A program made the position numbers and the translations under genes. Below are positions 1-11,371 of a stretch of DNA of 64,000 bases, in pieces. The notes beneath the pieces are model-generated. The model had not been told where the DNA came from. It worked only from the letters and a program-made list of their open reading frames with translations, and made no database searches. The first letter of the stretch is position 1, and the number at the start of each line of letters is the position of its first letter. This stretch comes from Octopus bimaculoides (lineage: Eukaryota). The stretch spans positions 58,565,138-58,629,137 of the forward strand of contig NC_068991.1 in assembly GCF_001194135.2 (NCBI RefSeq), given 5' to 3'.

Positions 1-771
1 ATCAATGTATATGAATCGTATATGTTTAATATTCTACAATATTTCCATACATATTTGAATACAAACAAAAATCTTGTGATGGATGGATATATGTATCTCT
101 TCTACCAGGTACTATCTAGTTTCGTCTGTTCTCCTGTAGTCTTGTCTCGTTCCGTTAGGTTCCGTTTAGCACCGTCTGGCTCCGTATGGAAATGCGACTA
201 TTGCTTATAGAGTTCTTTCTGGCGCTATTTATAGATTTTTATCGATATTAAATATTGAAATTGTTGCAAATTTTGTTTTCGTTATTGTTCTTGTTTTTCA
301 TGTTGCTGGTATCGCTGATGTTGCAACTGCTTTTGCGAATGCTGATGACGCTATGCCTTGTTGCTGTTGCGTCATTCGTCGATATTAGAATGGTTCCTAT
401 CGCTATTGCTTTTATTATCTGACCCGAAGTATGCTCTGATCGAAAAAACATAGAACACCGATGATATAAGACATTCTAGGACAGCATGTACACTTTATTC
501 TAAATAAAATAAGAAAAAATACAAATTATGCACCGCGGACAATATTCACAAAACTGCCCTTCTTTAAAACAGGAGAGCGTATATTAAGGGCAATCTAGCA
601 ACTCATTCGTTGATTTTCAGCCCTTTTCAGTCGGTATCCACAGCATATCGAATGAAGACCCAGTCAAGGACAGGGCTGACTTAATTGACTACCCCTACTC
701 TCAGCATTGGTGACCTTGTACCAAAAATTGAAAATTATTATTATTGTTGTTTTTGCTGTTGTTATTATTAT

Positions 772-1209
772 GAGAGAGTAGTGCATGCCATCAAAGGGAC
801 ACTGGTGTAGAATATACTAAGCCCAGTATACTCATCATGACTACCTGTCTGATAAGGGTACACCAGGCACATGTATCACAATCATATGGGCGTGACATGG
901 TTATCTCATTTCAAGATAATTAGTGCATGGCCTTGCATGTACGGCTCAGTTAGAAGTTTCTTCAGGTCGAGTAGCCCATCCCATTCAAAAGGTCCCTGAA
1001 TAAGGTTTGTTTAAGGATATTGAGCAAACACCCATGTTTCCAAAGGTGGATTATTCAAACCCCAAAGAATCTCTCTCAACACCTGATTATGATGCTCCTC
1101 CACTACTTTTGCTCGTGATCAGGGATGCACATATCCTCAGCCACCAAGGGACATGCTCAACTGGTTAAGGTCAAACAACTGACAAGCAAATCTGTGGTAT
1201 TGAGCAGAA

Positions 1210-1212
<3 letters not shown>
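772..1212 (-). mobile_element. Unclassified ~440-bp non-coding retro-like element (family D, copy 1), ending in (TAA)n
   Basis: Collinear diverged homology with 1286-1711 (shared blocks e.g. AAGGGACATGCTCAACTGGTTA, AACACCCATG, AACCCCAA). ATT-repeat sequence on both sides. No convincing ORF. Confidence 0.75.

Positions 1213-1285
<73 letters not shown>
1209..1285. repeat. (ATT)n microsatellite separating the two family D copies
   Basis: Perfect ATT run; source of the poly-L/poly-N pseudo-ORFs. Confidence 0.98.
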
Positions 1286-1711
1286 GAGTGAGAGTTCAGC
1301 ACACACCATCAATGTGAAGCTTGGATACAAATATACGGAACCCAATATGCCAATCTTGTTTAGCCGACTTACAAGAGTATATCAGCCGCGTGCGTCACAA
1401 CTATATGTACACGACATGCTAACCTCATATCAAGATAAACAGTACATGACCTTGCTTGTGGAACCTAGTTGCAATTTTCTTCAGGAGTCAGCCTTCTCAA
1501 AATGCTCATGAGCAAGAGTTGTTGAAGGGCGATGAACGAAACACCCATGATTCTTGGGGTGAATTATTCCAACCCCAAGGAATCCCCATCAAAACATGGC
1601 TATGATACTCTTCATTACTATTTGATCGTGACCAGAGATACACATGTTAGCCACTAAGGGACATGCTCAACTGGTTACGTTCAAGCAACAGACGAGCAAA
1701 TATGGGGTATT
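1286..1711 (-). mobile_element. Family D copy 2 (diverged)
   Basis: Full-length similarity to 772-1212; its minus-strand 3' end runs directly into (TAA)n. Confidence 0.75.
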
Positions 1712-1846
1712 CTTTCAGTTTCAGTCTACCAAATCCACCCACAAGGCTTTGGTCGGCCCGTGGCTTTGGTAGAAGACACTTGTCCAAGGTGCGGCGCAAT
1801 GGGACTGAACCCGGGACTATGAGGTTGGTAAGTAAGCTTCTTACCA
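1710..1846 (-). mobile_element. SINE family A, tRNA-like head
   Basis: Reverse complement gives GTGGTAAGAAGCTT...GGGTTCAGTCCC (A/B-box-like) then CCTTGGACAAGTGTCTTCTAC; many homologues in the window. Confidence 0.85.
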
Positions 1847-1873
1847 CACACACACATATATATATGTATATAT

Positions 1874-2022
1874 ATATATATATACCGGAGTAAGCACATA
1901 AAATGTGCAACAAGGTGGGAGAAAGAGTACTCAAATACCAGAGGTAGAGTAATATGCTTTATTTAAAAGCAGCAGAAATATAACAAATGACTGTTACTCG
2001 GAGTTTCACGTTCCCGTTCATC
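1874..2022 (-). mobile_element. Penelope-like pseudo-LTR fragment carrying a hammerhead, inserted in (TA)n
   Basis: Minus strand reads hammerhead, then AATAAA (~1960), then ends in a TA repeat; 5' part hidden by N gap 2023-2032. Confidence 0.6.
1988..2022 (-). ncRNA. Minimal type I hammerhead ribozyme (5' end in N gap)
   Basis: Minus strand: [..]GAUGA-ACG(GGAA)CGU-GAAA-CUC(C)GAG-UA/ACAGUCA. Perfect 3-bp stem II, palindromic stem III, GUA cleavage triplet. C3/U4 and the stem I 5' strand are not visible. Confidence 0.7.
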
Positions 2023-2032
2023 NNNNNNNNNN

Positions 2033-2123
2033 TTTGGTAGAAGACACTTGTCCAAGGTGCGGCGCAATGGGACTGAACCCGGGACTATGAGGTTGGTAAG
2101 TAAGCTTCTTACCACACACACAC

Positions 2124-2152
<29 letters not shown>
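2033..2152. other. Exact copy of 1765-1872 across a 10-N gap (assembly or haplotype duplication)
   Basis: Identical SINE head plus CA/TA repeat on both sides of the gap. Confidence 0.85.
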
Positions 2153-2158
<6 letters not shown>

Positions 2159-2592
2159 GAGGAGGACAGAATGGACTGGTGGAAGAGGGAGATAGGAAAC
2201 GTGAGAGGACGAAGATAGCCAGGTATAAGGGGGGGGAGTAAAGTGAAAGGAGAGCTGAATAAAGGGGGTGGTGGCGCCTGCGAATGAGAGGAATGGCAAG
2301 AGAAACGTACTGACAGACAACACAGAAACGAGTTGTGTGTGATAAAGCATCGTAAATATGTGATAAATATGAAAAGATCAGGCATTAAATAACAGACTAA
2401 AGATAAGAGACTATTTTGAAGGTTTAGCTTTTGATGAGAGAGAAAGAGAGAGAGAGGGGGAGGGGGAATAGGGTAGAGAGGGAGACATGATGCTTGAAGT
2501 CTAATACTGAAGGTGAATTGTGTACAGCACTATTGCTACTGCCTCCTTTACTTTCTCCTGCTCCTCTTCCTTTTTCCCCCGATAATAATACT

Positions 2593-2929
2593 AACAAGAT
2601 CACTCAGAGAGCCCAAACCTCCGCCAAGGCAACACAGACGCCCTCTCAACGATTAGCCGAGGATGATTTTTAAAATGAGAATATCTGAAATAAACCCGAC
2701 TGCTCTCACAAACTAGAGCATTAAAAATGAACCACACTGCTCCCAAAAATTAAATTTTAAAAAAGCAGGGATAATGATTCAGAATCTCCGTCCGTTACTG
2801 GATCGATCCCAATATCTAATCAGTTTGTGCCAATTACCAGACTAAATATCCCTGAATGTTTCAGCCGAATCCATCCAGCGGTTCTTGAGATATCTGTCTA
2901 CAGACAAACAAACACGACTGAAAACAATA
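2593..2929 (-). mobile_element. Helentron-type non-autonomous element (HINE/DINE-1-like), terminal hairpin missing
   Basis: Minus strand: TTGTTTTCAGTCGTG(TTTG)n, core GATATCTCAAGAACCGCTGGATGGATTCGGCTGAAACATTC, and GGCGGAGGT sub-terminal repeat near the TCTTGTT end; second copy at 62816. Confidence 0.6.
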
Positions 2930-3044
2930 TGATTATTAGTAGAAAGGATTATTATTATTATCATTATTATTATTATTAGTTAAAACAGTTTGATCCTGCT
3001 TCGGCCCTTGCAACTTTTATCTTTGAAGGCTAAGGCGGCGGTAA

Positions 3045-3233
3045 TAATGGCTTCAAATTTTGGCATAAGGGCAGCAAGTTCGACCCCCATGTTCAACTAA
3101 TAATTTTATCACCCCAGAAATGATGAAAGACAAAGTTTACCACGGCGGGATTTGAACTCAGAACGTAAAGACGGTCGTAATGCCACGAAGCATTGTGGTG
3201 AGCGTGCTAACGATTCAGCCATCTCCCCGCCTT
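3045..3233 (-). mobile_element. SINE family B' (old subfamily, degenerate)
   Basis: tRNA-like head (GAATCGTTAGC, GAGTTCAAATCCC) plus CTTTCATC...GATAAAATTA central motif. Confidence 0.75.
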
Positions 3234-3596
3234 ATCATTATCATTATTTAAAACAGATTGATTCGGCTGCATCTTTGGTGCACACGTCACAGGAGTAGTT
3301 ACGTCCCTNNNNNNNNNNNNNNNNNNNNNNNNNNNNNNNNNNNNNNNNNNNNNNNNNNNNNNNNNNNNNNNNNNNNNNNNNNNNNNNNNNNNNNNNNNNN
3401 NNNNNNNNNNNNNNNNNNNNNNNNNNNNNNNNNNNNNNNNNNNNNNNNNNNNNNNNNNNNNNNNNNNNNNNNNNNNNNNNNNNNNNNNNNNNNNNNNNNN
3501 NNNNNNNNNNNNNNNNNNNNNNNNNNNNNNNNNNNNNNNNNNNNNNNNNNNNNNNNNNNNNNNNNNNNNNNNNNNNNNATAATAATAATAATAATA

Positions 3597-3637
<41 letters not shown>

Positions 3638-3638
<1 letters not shown>

Positions 3639-3921
3639 TTATGTTTGACTTTTGCTTTGCATTTGTACAAGTTGGATCCAAGTCTCACCCAGAGACCTCA
3701 AGAGACAACAAGTTAGAAGTTATTGTAGGTGTTATGCCTAGGGTACCATATATTTGGATTTGTACATAGTGTTGTTCTAGAGAATTTTTAAGAAACCATC
3801 AGAAAATTATGTGTTTGTTTTAAAATTTGAGATCACATAGACAGTATTTTACGTAGGATATGGGCAGTTCCCATGAGCACTATCTTTTGAACTTCAGCCA
3901 TTTTGGGGTTTCCGATGTTGG
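3638..3921 (-). mobile_element. R4/Dong-like non-LTR retrotransposon 3' end
   Basis: Minus strand 3920-3833 encodes NIGNPKMAEVQKIVLMGTAHILRKILSM*, matching the QK..LLGTA.ILRK.L C-terminus of restriction-like-endonuclease LINEs; ~195-bp 3' UTR then (TAA)n. Confidence 0.8.
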
Positions 3922-4075
3922 TGTGCTTACGTACCCATAACCTAGCGGTTCGGCAAAAGATACAGATAGAATAATTACTAGGCTACATAGAATAAATCCT
4001 GGGGTCGATTTGTTCGACTAAAGGCGGTGCTCCAGCATGACCACCGTCAAATGACTGAAAGAAGTAAAAGAATAT
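3922..4075 (+). mobile_element. SINE family A, 3' half
   Basis: TAGCGGTTCGGCAAAAG...CTGGGGTCGATTTGTTCGACTAAAGGCGGTGCTCCAGCATG...GACTGAAAGAAGTAAAAG. Confidence 0.85.
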
Positions 4076-5725
4076 GTATATATATATATGTACATATCAG
4101 GGTAATATATTCCGAGTGTACTAGGTGTGCGTTGCACATCCATCGAAAATGAGAAATTCATTATAAATATTAAACTGATTAATTTAATCACAAACCATAA
4201 TGGAAAACTTTTGTTATACCCCCGCTTGAAATTTGGTGGCATTAGACGTGGCAGCTCAACAACTACTACTAAACGCCACTGTTATCAGTCTTAAAACTTA
4301 TCTAGCTATCTATCGATATATCATTGTCTTCTAGTGTAGTTATCTATCTATCTGTGTATCTAGCTAGCCAGCTATCTGTCTTTCTTTATCAGTCTCTTCA
4401 TTTCTTCCACTTCTCTCTATCCCTATCTATCTATCTATCTATCTATCTATATATCTATATATCTATCTATGTATCTATCACATTTTCCTTTTCTATTACC
4501 AGACACCTATTGGTCCGCGCTTCTCACCTCAACACTACCATCACTACAAGTAAATACATTATTACTAACACTACCGCTACGACCATTACTAGCACAGCCA
4601 GTAAAGCCAACAACACCATTAACACAACTGCTCTTACTAACACCGCCACCAACACCACCTGCACGACCTCTACCACCATTACTAATACAACTACCAACAC
4701 CACAACCACAACCACAACCTCCCTCACGACCACATTAATGCCACCAAACATCAATGTCCTAATTACTTCCCTTGTTTCACTAGATGGAAAGGACATTGTT
4801 TTTATTCTATTTTTTGTTTTATTATTTTTAAAGTCAAAGTTAGACTGCAGTAATGGCTGCCGTTGGTGTTATACATGTCGTCTGCTACTCAATGATGTTA
4901 CATCCAAACAATCACTCATTAGAAAGACAAGTCTTAATTAGCTTGTTTCGTGGAGAAAAATCTCTTATCGCCCTCAACCATTTTATTTCTATACATTTTC
5001 TTTCTCATTTGTTCTACATTTAACGTGTCTTTTCTCCATTTTCTTCTCTTTTCTCGCCGTTCTTCCCTTTTATTCATTTATTTCTTTCTTTTTCTATTTC
5101 TTCCTTATTTTTATGGATTTCTTTCTTGTTGCTCCTGAAACTTCTCTTCTCGTGTAATGATAGTTACAAAAGTAGCTTCACTCAGTACCGGCGTGAGTTC
5201 GATTATTTCGCTGACGATATATTAGACATTTTCGGTTGTGATTAAGTACATAAATTCGGTAACTTTTTGCGGTATTGCTCAATATGCTGATTTTAATGAG
5301 TTAGTCTTGCACCAGTGAAATAACCCTTTACCATAACATCTTCATATTTATTTTTTGAAAATAAATGTGATAAATATTCACAAAATTATTATTATTATTT
5401 TTAGAGCCTTATCGGTGGACTGAAAGACGAGCTCCTGTGTATGTATGCATGTATGTATGTATATATGCATATGTACTCGCTCCATTCTTCGATACTACTT
5501 TTATTATATATACGCTACGAATGTTATATTATTGATTTTCGGATTATTGGTGCAGTATTCCCACATTTCCACACTTTGTTTTTCAAATAGCCACCACCCA
5601 TTGTGGTGCTTCATGAGGTAAACACCCGTATTATATACCCCCAATTCATCCAATATATATATGTATATATATATGTTAAATCTCTGAACGAGGTATTAAC
5701 ATTAACTGTACGACAACGTGAAGTA

Positions 5726-6054
5726 TATTTGCCACTTAAAAGCGGCTAAAGGCTAAACCCTAAGGGTGGATGTTACTCTTGCTTTTAGTCCCAGGAGAAT
5801 ATCTCCTCCAGCTGGCTATTGACACACATTTGTGTCCTGTCTGTACGCTGATTGTCGTACGTTGATGACGGGTAAATACCCAGAAACTCGAGTCCGTGCG
5901 TATCACAGATCAAGATGAGAAGGATGACTTCCCTTTACAAATACAGACAGGACAGAGATGTGTGTCAATAGCCAGCTGGAGGAGATGTTCTCCTGGGGCT
6001 AAAAGTAACAGTAACATCCACCCTTAGTGTTTAGCCGCTTTTAAGTGGCAAATA
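5726..6054. mobile_element. Foldback element with ~115-120-bp inverted repeats enclosing a hammerhead
   Basis: 5726-5845 is the reverse complement of 5942-6054 (about 90% by eye; a 7-bp GGCTAAA duplication in the left arm); right arm ends at N gap. Confidence 0.9.
5856..5900 (+). ncRNA. Type I hammerhead ribozyme motif (two substitutions from canonical)
   Basis: CGUACG-UUGAUGA-C-GGGU(AAAU)ACCC-A-GAAA-CUCGAG-UC/CGUGCG. 6-bp stem I, 4-bp stem II, perfect palindromic stem III ACUCGAGU, GUC site. C3 is U and 10.1/11.1 is a C-A mismatch. Confidence 0.75.
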
Positions 6055-6067
6055 NNNNNNNNNNGAA

Positions 6068-6300
6068 GTCGGCGAGCTGGCAGAAACGTTAGCACGCCGG
6101 GCGAGATGCTCTGTGGTATTTCGTCTGCCGTTACGTTCTGAGTTCAAATTCCGCCGAGGTCGACTTTGCCTTTCATCCTTTCGGGGTTGATTAGATAAGT
6201 ACCAGTTAAGCACTAGGGTCGGTATAATCGACTTAATCCATTTGTCTGTCCTTGTTTGTCCCCTCTGTGTGTAGCCCTTTGTGAGCAGTAAAGAAATAAG
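6068..6300 (+). mobile_element. SINE family B monomer (tRNA head plus Meta-like central domain)
   Basis: GGCGAGCTGGCAGAAACGTTAGC...GAGTTCAAATTCC...GTCGACTTTGCCTTTCATCCTTTCGGGG...AAAGAAATAAG. Confidence 0.9.
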
Positions 6301-6415
6301 AATAAATACTAGGCTTAAATGAAATAAATCCTTGAGTCGATTCGTTCGACTAGAATTCTTTCAGATAGTGACCCAGGAAGGGTGCAGTCTAATGACTGAA
6401 ACAAGTAAAAGAGAA
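6300..6415 (+). mobile_element. SINE family A 3' tail joined to the end of SINE B
   Basis: AATAAATACTAGGCTT...GAGTCGATTCGTTCGACT...GACTGAAACAAGTAAAAGAG. Confidence 0.75.
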
Positions 6416-8419
6416 AGAAAGAGAGAGAAAGAGAGAGAGGGGAAGAGATATGTACCTAGACAGGTAGATAGATGGATACATACATACATACATACATACA
6501 TTTCCATCTGGCCTGTATAATTCTTTCACTATCCAACTATTTGTGGCTTGCTATAATGCATTTTTGTTATCAGCTACTTCTTAGCCCGCAGGCCTAACCA
6601 AGCAAATTTGGGTGTGGTTTTTTTTAGCAGAACAACAACAATACAGTTAGTAGTAGTAGAGGGCGAAGAAGTTGTGGTGGTGGTNNNNNNNNNNNNNNNN
6701 NNNNNNNNNNNNNNNNNNNNNNNNNNNNNNNNNNNNNNNNNNNNNNNNNNNNNNNNNNNNNNNNNNNNNNNNNNNNNNNNNNNNNNNNNNNNNNNNNNNN
6801 NNNNNNNNNNNNNNNNNNNNNNNNNNNNNNNNNNNNNNNNNNNNNNNNNNNNNNNNNNNNNNNNNNNNNNNNNNNNNNNNNNNNNNNNNNNNNNNNNNNN
6901 NNNNNNNNNNNNNNNNNNNNNNNNNNNNNNNNNNNNNNNNNNNNNNNNNNNNNNNNNNNNNNNNNNNNNNNNNNNNNNNNNNNNNNNNNNNNNNNNNNNN
7001 NNNNNNNNNNNNNNNNNNNNNNNNNNNNNNNNNNNNNNNNNNNNNNNNNNNNNNNNNNNNNNNNNNNNNNNNNNNNNNNNNNNNNNNNNNNNNNNNNNNN
7101 NNNNNNNNNNNNNNNNNNNNNNNNNNNNNNNNNNNNNNNNNNNNNNNNNNNNNNNNNNNNNNNNNNNNNNNNNNNNNNNNNNNNNNNNNNNNNNNNNNNN
7201 NNNNNNNNNNNNNNNNNNNNNNNNNNNNNNNNNNNNNNNNNNNNNNNNNNNNNNNNNNNNNNNNNNNNNNNNNNNNNNNNNNNNNNNNNNNNNNNNNNNN
7301 NNNNNNNNNNNNNNNNNNNNNNNNNNNNNNNNNNNNNNNNNNNNNNNNNNNNNNNNNNNNNNNNNNNNNNNNNNNNNNNNNNNNNNNNNNNNNNNNNNNN
7401 NNNNNNNNNNNNNNNNNNNNNNNNNNNNNNNNNNNNNNNNNNNNNNNNNNNNNNNNNNNNNNNNNNNNNNNNNNNNNNNNNNNNNNNNNNNNNNNNNNNN
7501 NNNNNNNNNNNNNNNNNNNNNNNNNNNNNNNNNNNNNNNNNNNNNNNNNNNNNNNNNNNNNNNNNNNNNNNNNNNNNNNNNNNNNNNNNNNNNNNNNNNN
7601 NNNNNNNNNNNNNNNNNNNNNNNGCTATCATCTTATCACCTTTGACAATTGGAAAGAGTCGGTTCAGAAAGCTTTGTTAAGACTGTATATTGTGTTTTAA
7701 AAAAATATAATCAAAGGTATGATCGCTAGTGTAAGGTTATTTTTTTTTATGAAAAGGTCTAAACTGTAGAGTTGAAATACTAGTAGGTTTATACAAATCA
7801 CCGACACGAATGGTTTCGTCTTACCTTAACATAGATATACTACGTTCGGATTTTCAGGCATTTGTGTATGTCTGTCTGTCTCTATGCGCTCATGAGTGGT
7901 GTGGTGTCCGTGCGTTTTTATGTGTACATGTGTCTAGGGGGGAGGGATTGTATGTTTGTATCATGACGTTTATTCGAAACACTACTTCTGACCCACAATG
8001 TTAAAACTGCAAGGTTCGGTTTTATCACACACATTTTTCTGCTCCACGTCAATAATTTATAAGACGACGCATCCAGCAACTCTATTTCGGAAATAAAACT
8101 ACCATTCCTTGTTCCTTAATTCTCTCTAAACCCGTTTCATCCACGCGCAGCCTATACGCCTCGTGGCAAACATACAATGACTCCATAACTTCTCCGAGAA
8201 CACAAAAATGTCTTGCCTCCTACAACAGCAAAACAACACAATCACTGCGCGTATCAAGAAATCATGAGCGCACTTCATTCCACACCACCTAGACATAAGG
8301 AGCACGAACCCTTGAATGTTAACCGTTACCATTATCGAGGATGTTTCTTGGTGAATGTCCAACCATAACATCACAAAAGAATGGCCTTCATTTGTAAAAT
8401 CAGAAAATATCATTCTCCA

Positions 8420-8997
8420 GTTCTGTATGGATCAGAAACTACAGCCTCGGAGACGAGCCTCTTCCTGGAAGATCTGTATAGCTCGAAGAGAATGTCCTGC
8501 AAACCCTGGTGGTGCAAAATCCCATCGAAACTGTTGATGAACTAACAGAGAAGCTTGGATTTGGTCATTCAACTATTCATCGACACCAGCACTAGAAGAA
8601 AAACGACCATCTTTGGTTTCAAGAAGAGAGGTGCTCTTCCATCAGGATAATGATAGGCCACATACAGCAAGGATGACATTCCAAAGACTGAAGCAGTTTG
8701 AATGGGAAACGCTGCCGTATTTGCCAGACATTGCCCCATCTGATTATCATTTATTCTGTAGTCTTATAAGTGATTTGGACGGAACAAATATGAATTTTGT
8801 AGACGAGGTCAGAACAGTACTGGAGGAGTATTTTTCATCCTGGACGAGTAAATTTTGGACGTATACCAGATAGATGGAAGTGCATTGTAGAAAATGAAGG
8901 AGAATAAATTTTAGATTCAAAAAGAACTTTGTTTATCTTAATTCCGAAAAATAAAAGAAGTATTTAAAAAATGCATTATTTATGGTATGACCCAATA
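8420..8997 (+). mobile_element. Internally deleted mariner transposon relic
   Basis: HTH remnant (NYSLGDEP...QNPIETVDELTEKLGFGHSTIHRH) fused to the catalytic C-terminus (LFHQDNDRPHT...PYLPDIAPSDYHLF, i.e. YSPDLAPSD-like); right TIR-like ATTATTTATGGTATGACCCAA followed by TA; left end not found. Confidence 0.9.
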
Positions 8998-9909
8998 CTC
9001 AGGGAAAAGACACGACAATATAAGACAATAAAGCAATATCCCCAGTNNNNNNNNNNNNNNNNNNNNNNNNNNNNNNNNNNNNNNNNNNNNNNNNNNNNNN
9101 NNNNNNNNNNNNNNNNNNNNNNNNNNNNNNNNNNNNNNNNNNNNNNNNNNNNNNNNNNNNNNNNNNNNNNNNNNNNNNNNNNNNNNNNNNNNNNNNNNNN
9201 NNNNNNNNNNNNNNNNNNNNNNNNNNNNNNNNNNNNNNNNNNNNNNNNNNNNNNNNNNNNNNNNNNNNNNNNNNNNNNNNNNNNNNNNNNNNNNNNNNNN
9301 NNNNNNNNNNNNNNNNNNNNNNNNNNNNNNNNNNNNNNNNNNNNNNNNNNNNNNNNNNNNNNNNNNNNNNNNNNNNNNNNNNNNNNNNNNNNNNNNNNNN
9401 NNNNNNNNNNNNNNNNNNNNNNNNNNNNNNNNNNNNNNNNNNNNNNNNNNNNNNNNNNNNNNNNNNNNNNNNNNNNNNNNNNNNNNNNNNNNNNNNNNNN
9501 NNNNNNNNNNNNNNNNNNNNNNNNNNNNNNNNNNNNNNNNNNNNNNNNNNNNNNNNNNNNNNNNNNNNNNNNNNNNNNNNNNNNNNNNNNNNNNNNNNNN
9601 NNNNNNNNNNNNNNNNNNNNNNNNNNNNNNNNNNNNNNNNNNNNNNNNNNNNNNNNNNNNNNNNNNNNNNNNNNNNNNNNNNNNNNNNNNNNNNNNNNNN
9701 NNNNNNNNNNNNNNNNNNNNNNNNNNNNNNNNNNNNNNNNNNNNNNNNNNNNNNNNNNNNNNNNNNNNNNNNNNNNNNNNNNNNNNNNNNNNNNNNNNNN
9801 NNNNNNNNNNNNNNNNNNNNNNNNNNNNNNNNNNNNNNNNNNNNNNNNNNNNNNNNNNNNNNNNNNNNNNNNNNNNNNNNNNNNNNNNNNNNNNNNNNNN
9901 NNNNNNNNN

Positions 9910-9958
<49 letters not shown>

Positions 9959-9983
9959 TAGATAGATAGATAGATAGATAAAC

Positions 9984-10232
9984 GTGACTGTGTGGTAAAA
10001 AGCTTGCTTATAAACATGGTTCCGGGTTCAGTCCCACTGCGTGTCACCTTAGGTAAGTGTTGACGTGTTGATGTCCCTGTAACATAGCGGTTCGGCAAAA
10101 GTGACCGATGGAATAAGTACTAGGCTTAAAAAGAATAAGTCCTGGGTTCGATTTGTTCGACTAAAAGGCGATGCTCCAGCATGGCTGCAGTCAAATGACT
10201 GAAACAGATAAAAGAATAATAGAATTAAAAGA
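9984..10232 (+). mobile_element. SINE family A, internally deleted
   Basis: Head to CCTTAGGTAAGTGT joined directly to the 3' half. Confidence 0.85.
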
Positions 10233-10252
10233 ATATATATATTTACCACCTG

Positions 10253-10297
<45 letters not shown>

Positions 10298-10849
10298 TGT
10301 GTGTGTATGTATGTATTTATCTTTTCAAGAGAGGAATCAGATAATTGCAGAGATAAAGGCGAAGACGGAAAGAAGGTTGAGATATGGCGGTAGGAAACAA
10401 TGGGAGTATTATGTAAGGTGGCAGACGTGTGTCAGTAGTCTATGGCGTGTGTGCTGGAGATAGGGCGGACGATTGGAGCTGAAAAAGACATGTGAAGTGT
10501 AAGGAGGAACGAAAGGTTGTCAGATTATGAGAAACGTGGGGGGAATTGATTAAGACACTTTCTGGATGTGAGCAGTAAATAAGTTGCGGTTTGTGTGTGT
10601 GTGTTTGCGTGTGTGTGTGTGTGTCTGTCTGTCTGTCTGTCTCTCTGTCAGTCTGTGTGTCTGTGCGTGCGCGCGTGTGTTTTCGCAGATAGATAGATAG
10701 CTAGCTAGACAGACAGATAGATAGATATGCGTGGAGGCGCGTGGCTCAGTGGTGAGGGTTTGGCAATTCATGATCCAGTCTATGGTTCGAGACTCTTCAT
10801 CCTTTATATTTATATACATATGAATGAGTAGAAGAGAGATGGAACGAAA

Positions 10850-11232
10850 GAAAGAAAGAAAGAAAGAAAGGAAGGAAGAAAAGGAGAGAGAGAGTAGGAC
10901 AGAAGGAAGGAAGGAAGGAAGGACAGAAGGAAGGAAGGAAGGAAGGACAGAAGGAAGGACAGAAGGAAGGACAGAAGGAAGGAAGGAAGGAGGGAAGGAA
11001 GGAAGGAAGGAAGGAAGGAAGGAAGGAAGGAAGGAAGGACAGAAGGAAGGAAGGAAGGAAGGAAGGACAGAAGGAAGGAAGGACAGAAGGAAGAAAGGAC
11101 AGAAGGAAGGAAGGAAGCAAGGAAGGAAGAAAGGAAGGACAGAAGGAAGGAAAGAAGGAAGGAAAGAAGGAAATAAGGAAGGACAGAAGGAAGGACAGAA
11201 GGAAGGAAGGAAGGAAGGAAGGAAGGAAGGAA
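10850..11232. repeat. Compound (GGAA)n satellite with recurrent GGACAGAA variant units
   Basis: Direct reading; source of the EGRK/EGRT pseudo-ORF. Confidence 0.95.
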
Positions 11233-11371
11233 NNNNNNNNNNNNNNNNNNNNNNNNNNNNNNNNNNNNNNNNNNNNNNNNNNNNNNNNNNNNNNNNNNNN
11301 NNNNNNNNNNNNNNNNNNNNNNNNNNNNNNNNNNNNNNNNNNNNNNNNNNNNNNNNNNNNNNNNNNGGAGT

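Noticed and set aside
60-451. Exon on the minus strand near the window start
   Set aside because: All three frames hit stops within short distances and the splice signals are weak.
5609-5630. CTTCATGA-GGTAAACACC-CGTA as another hammerhead
   Set aside because: Both core segments are broken; too degenerate to call.
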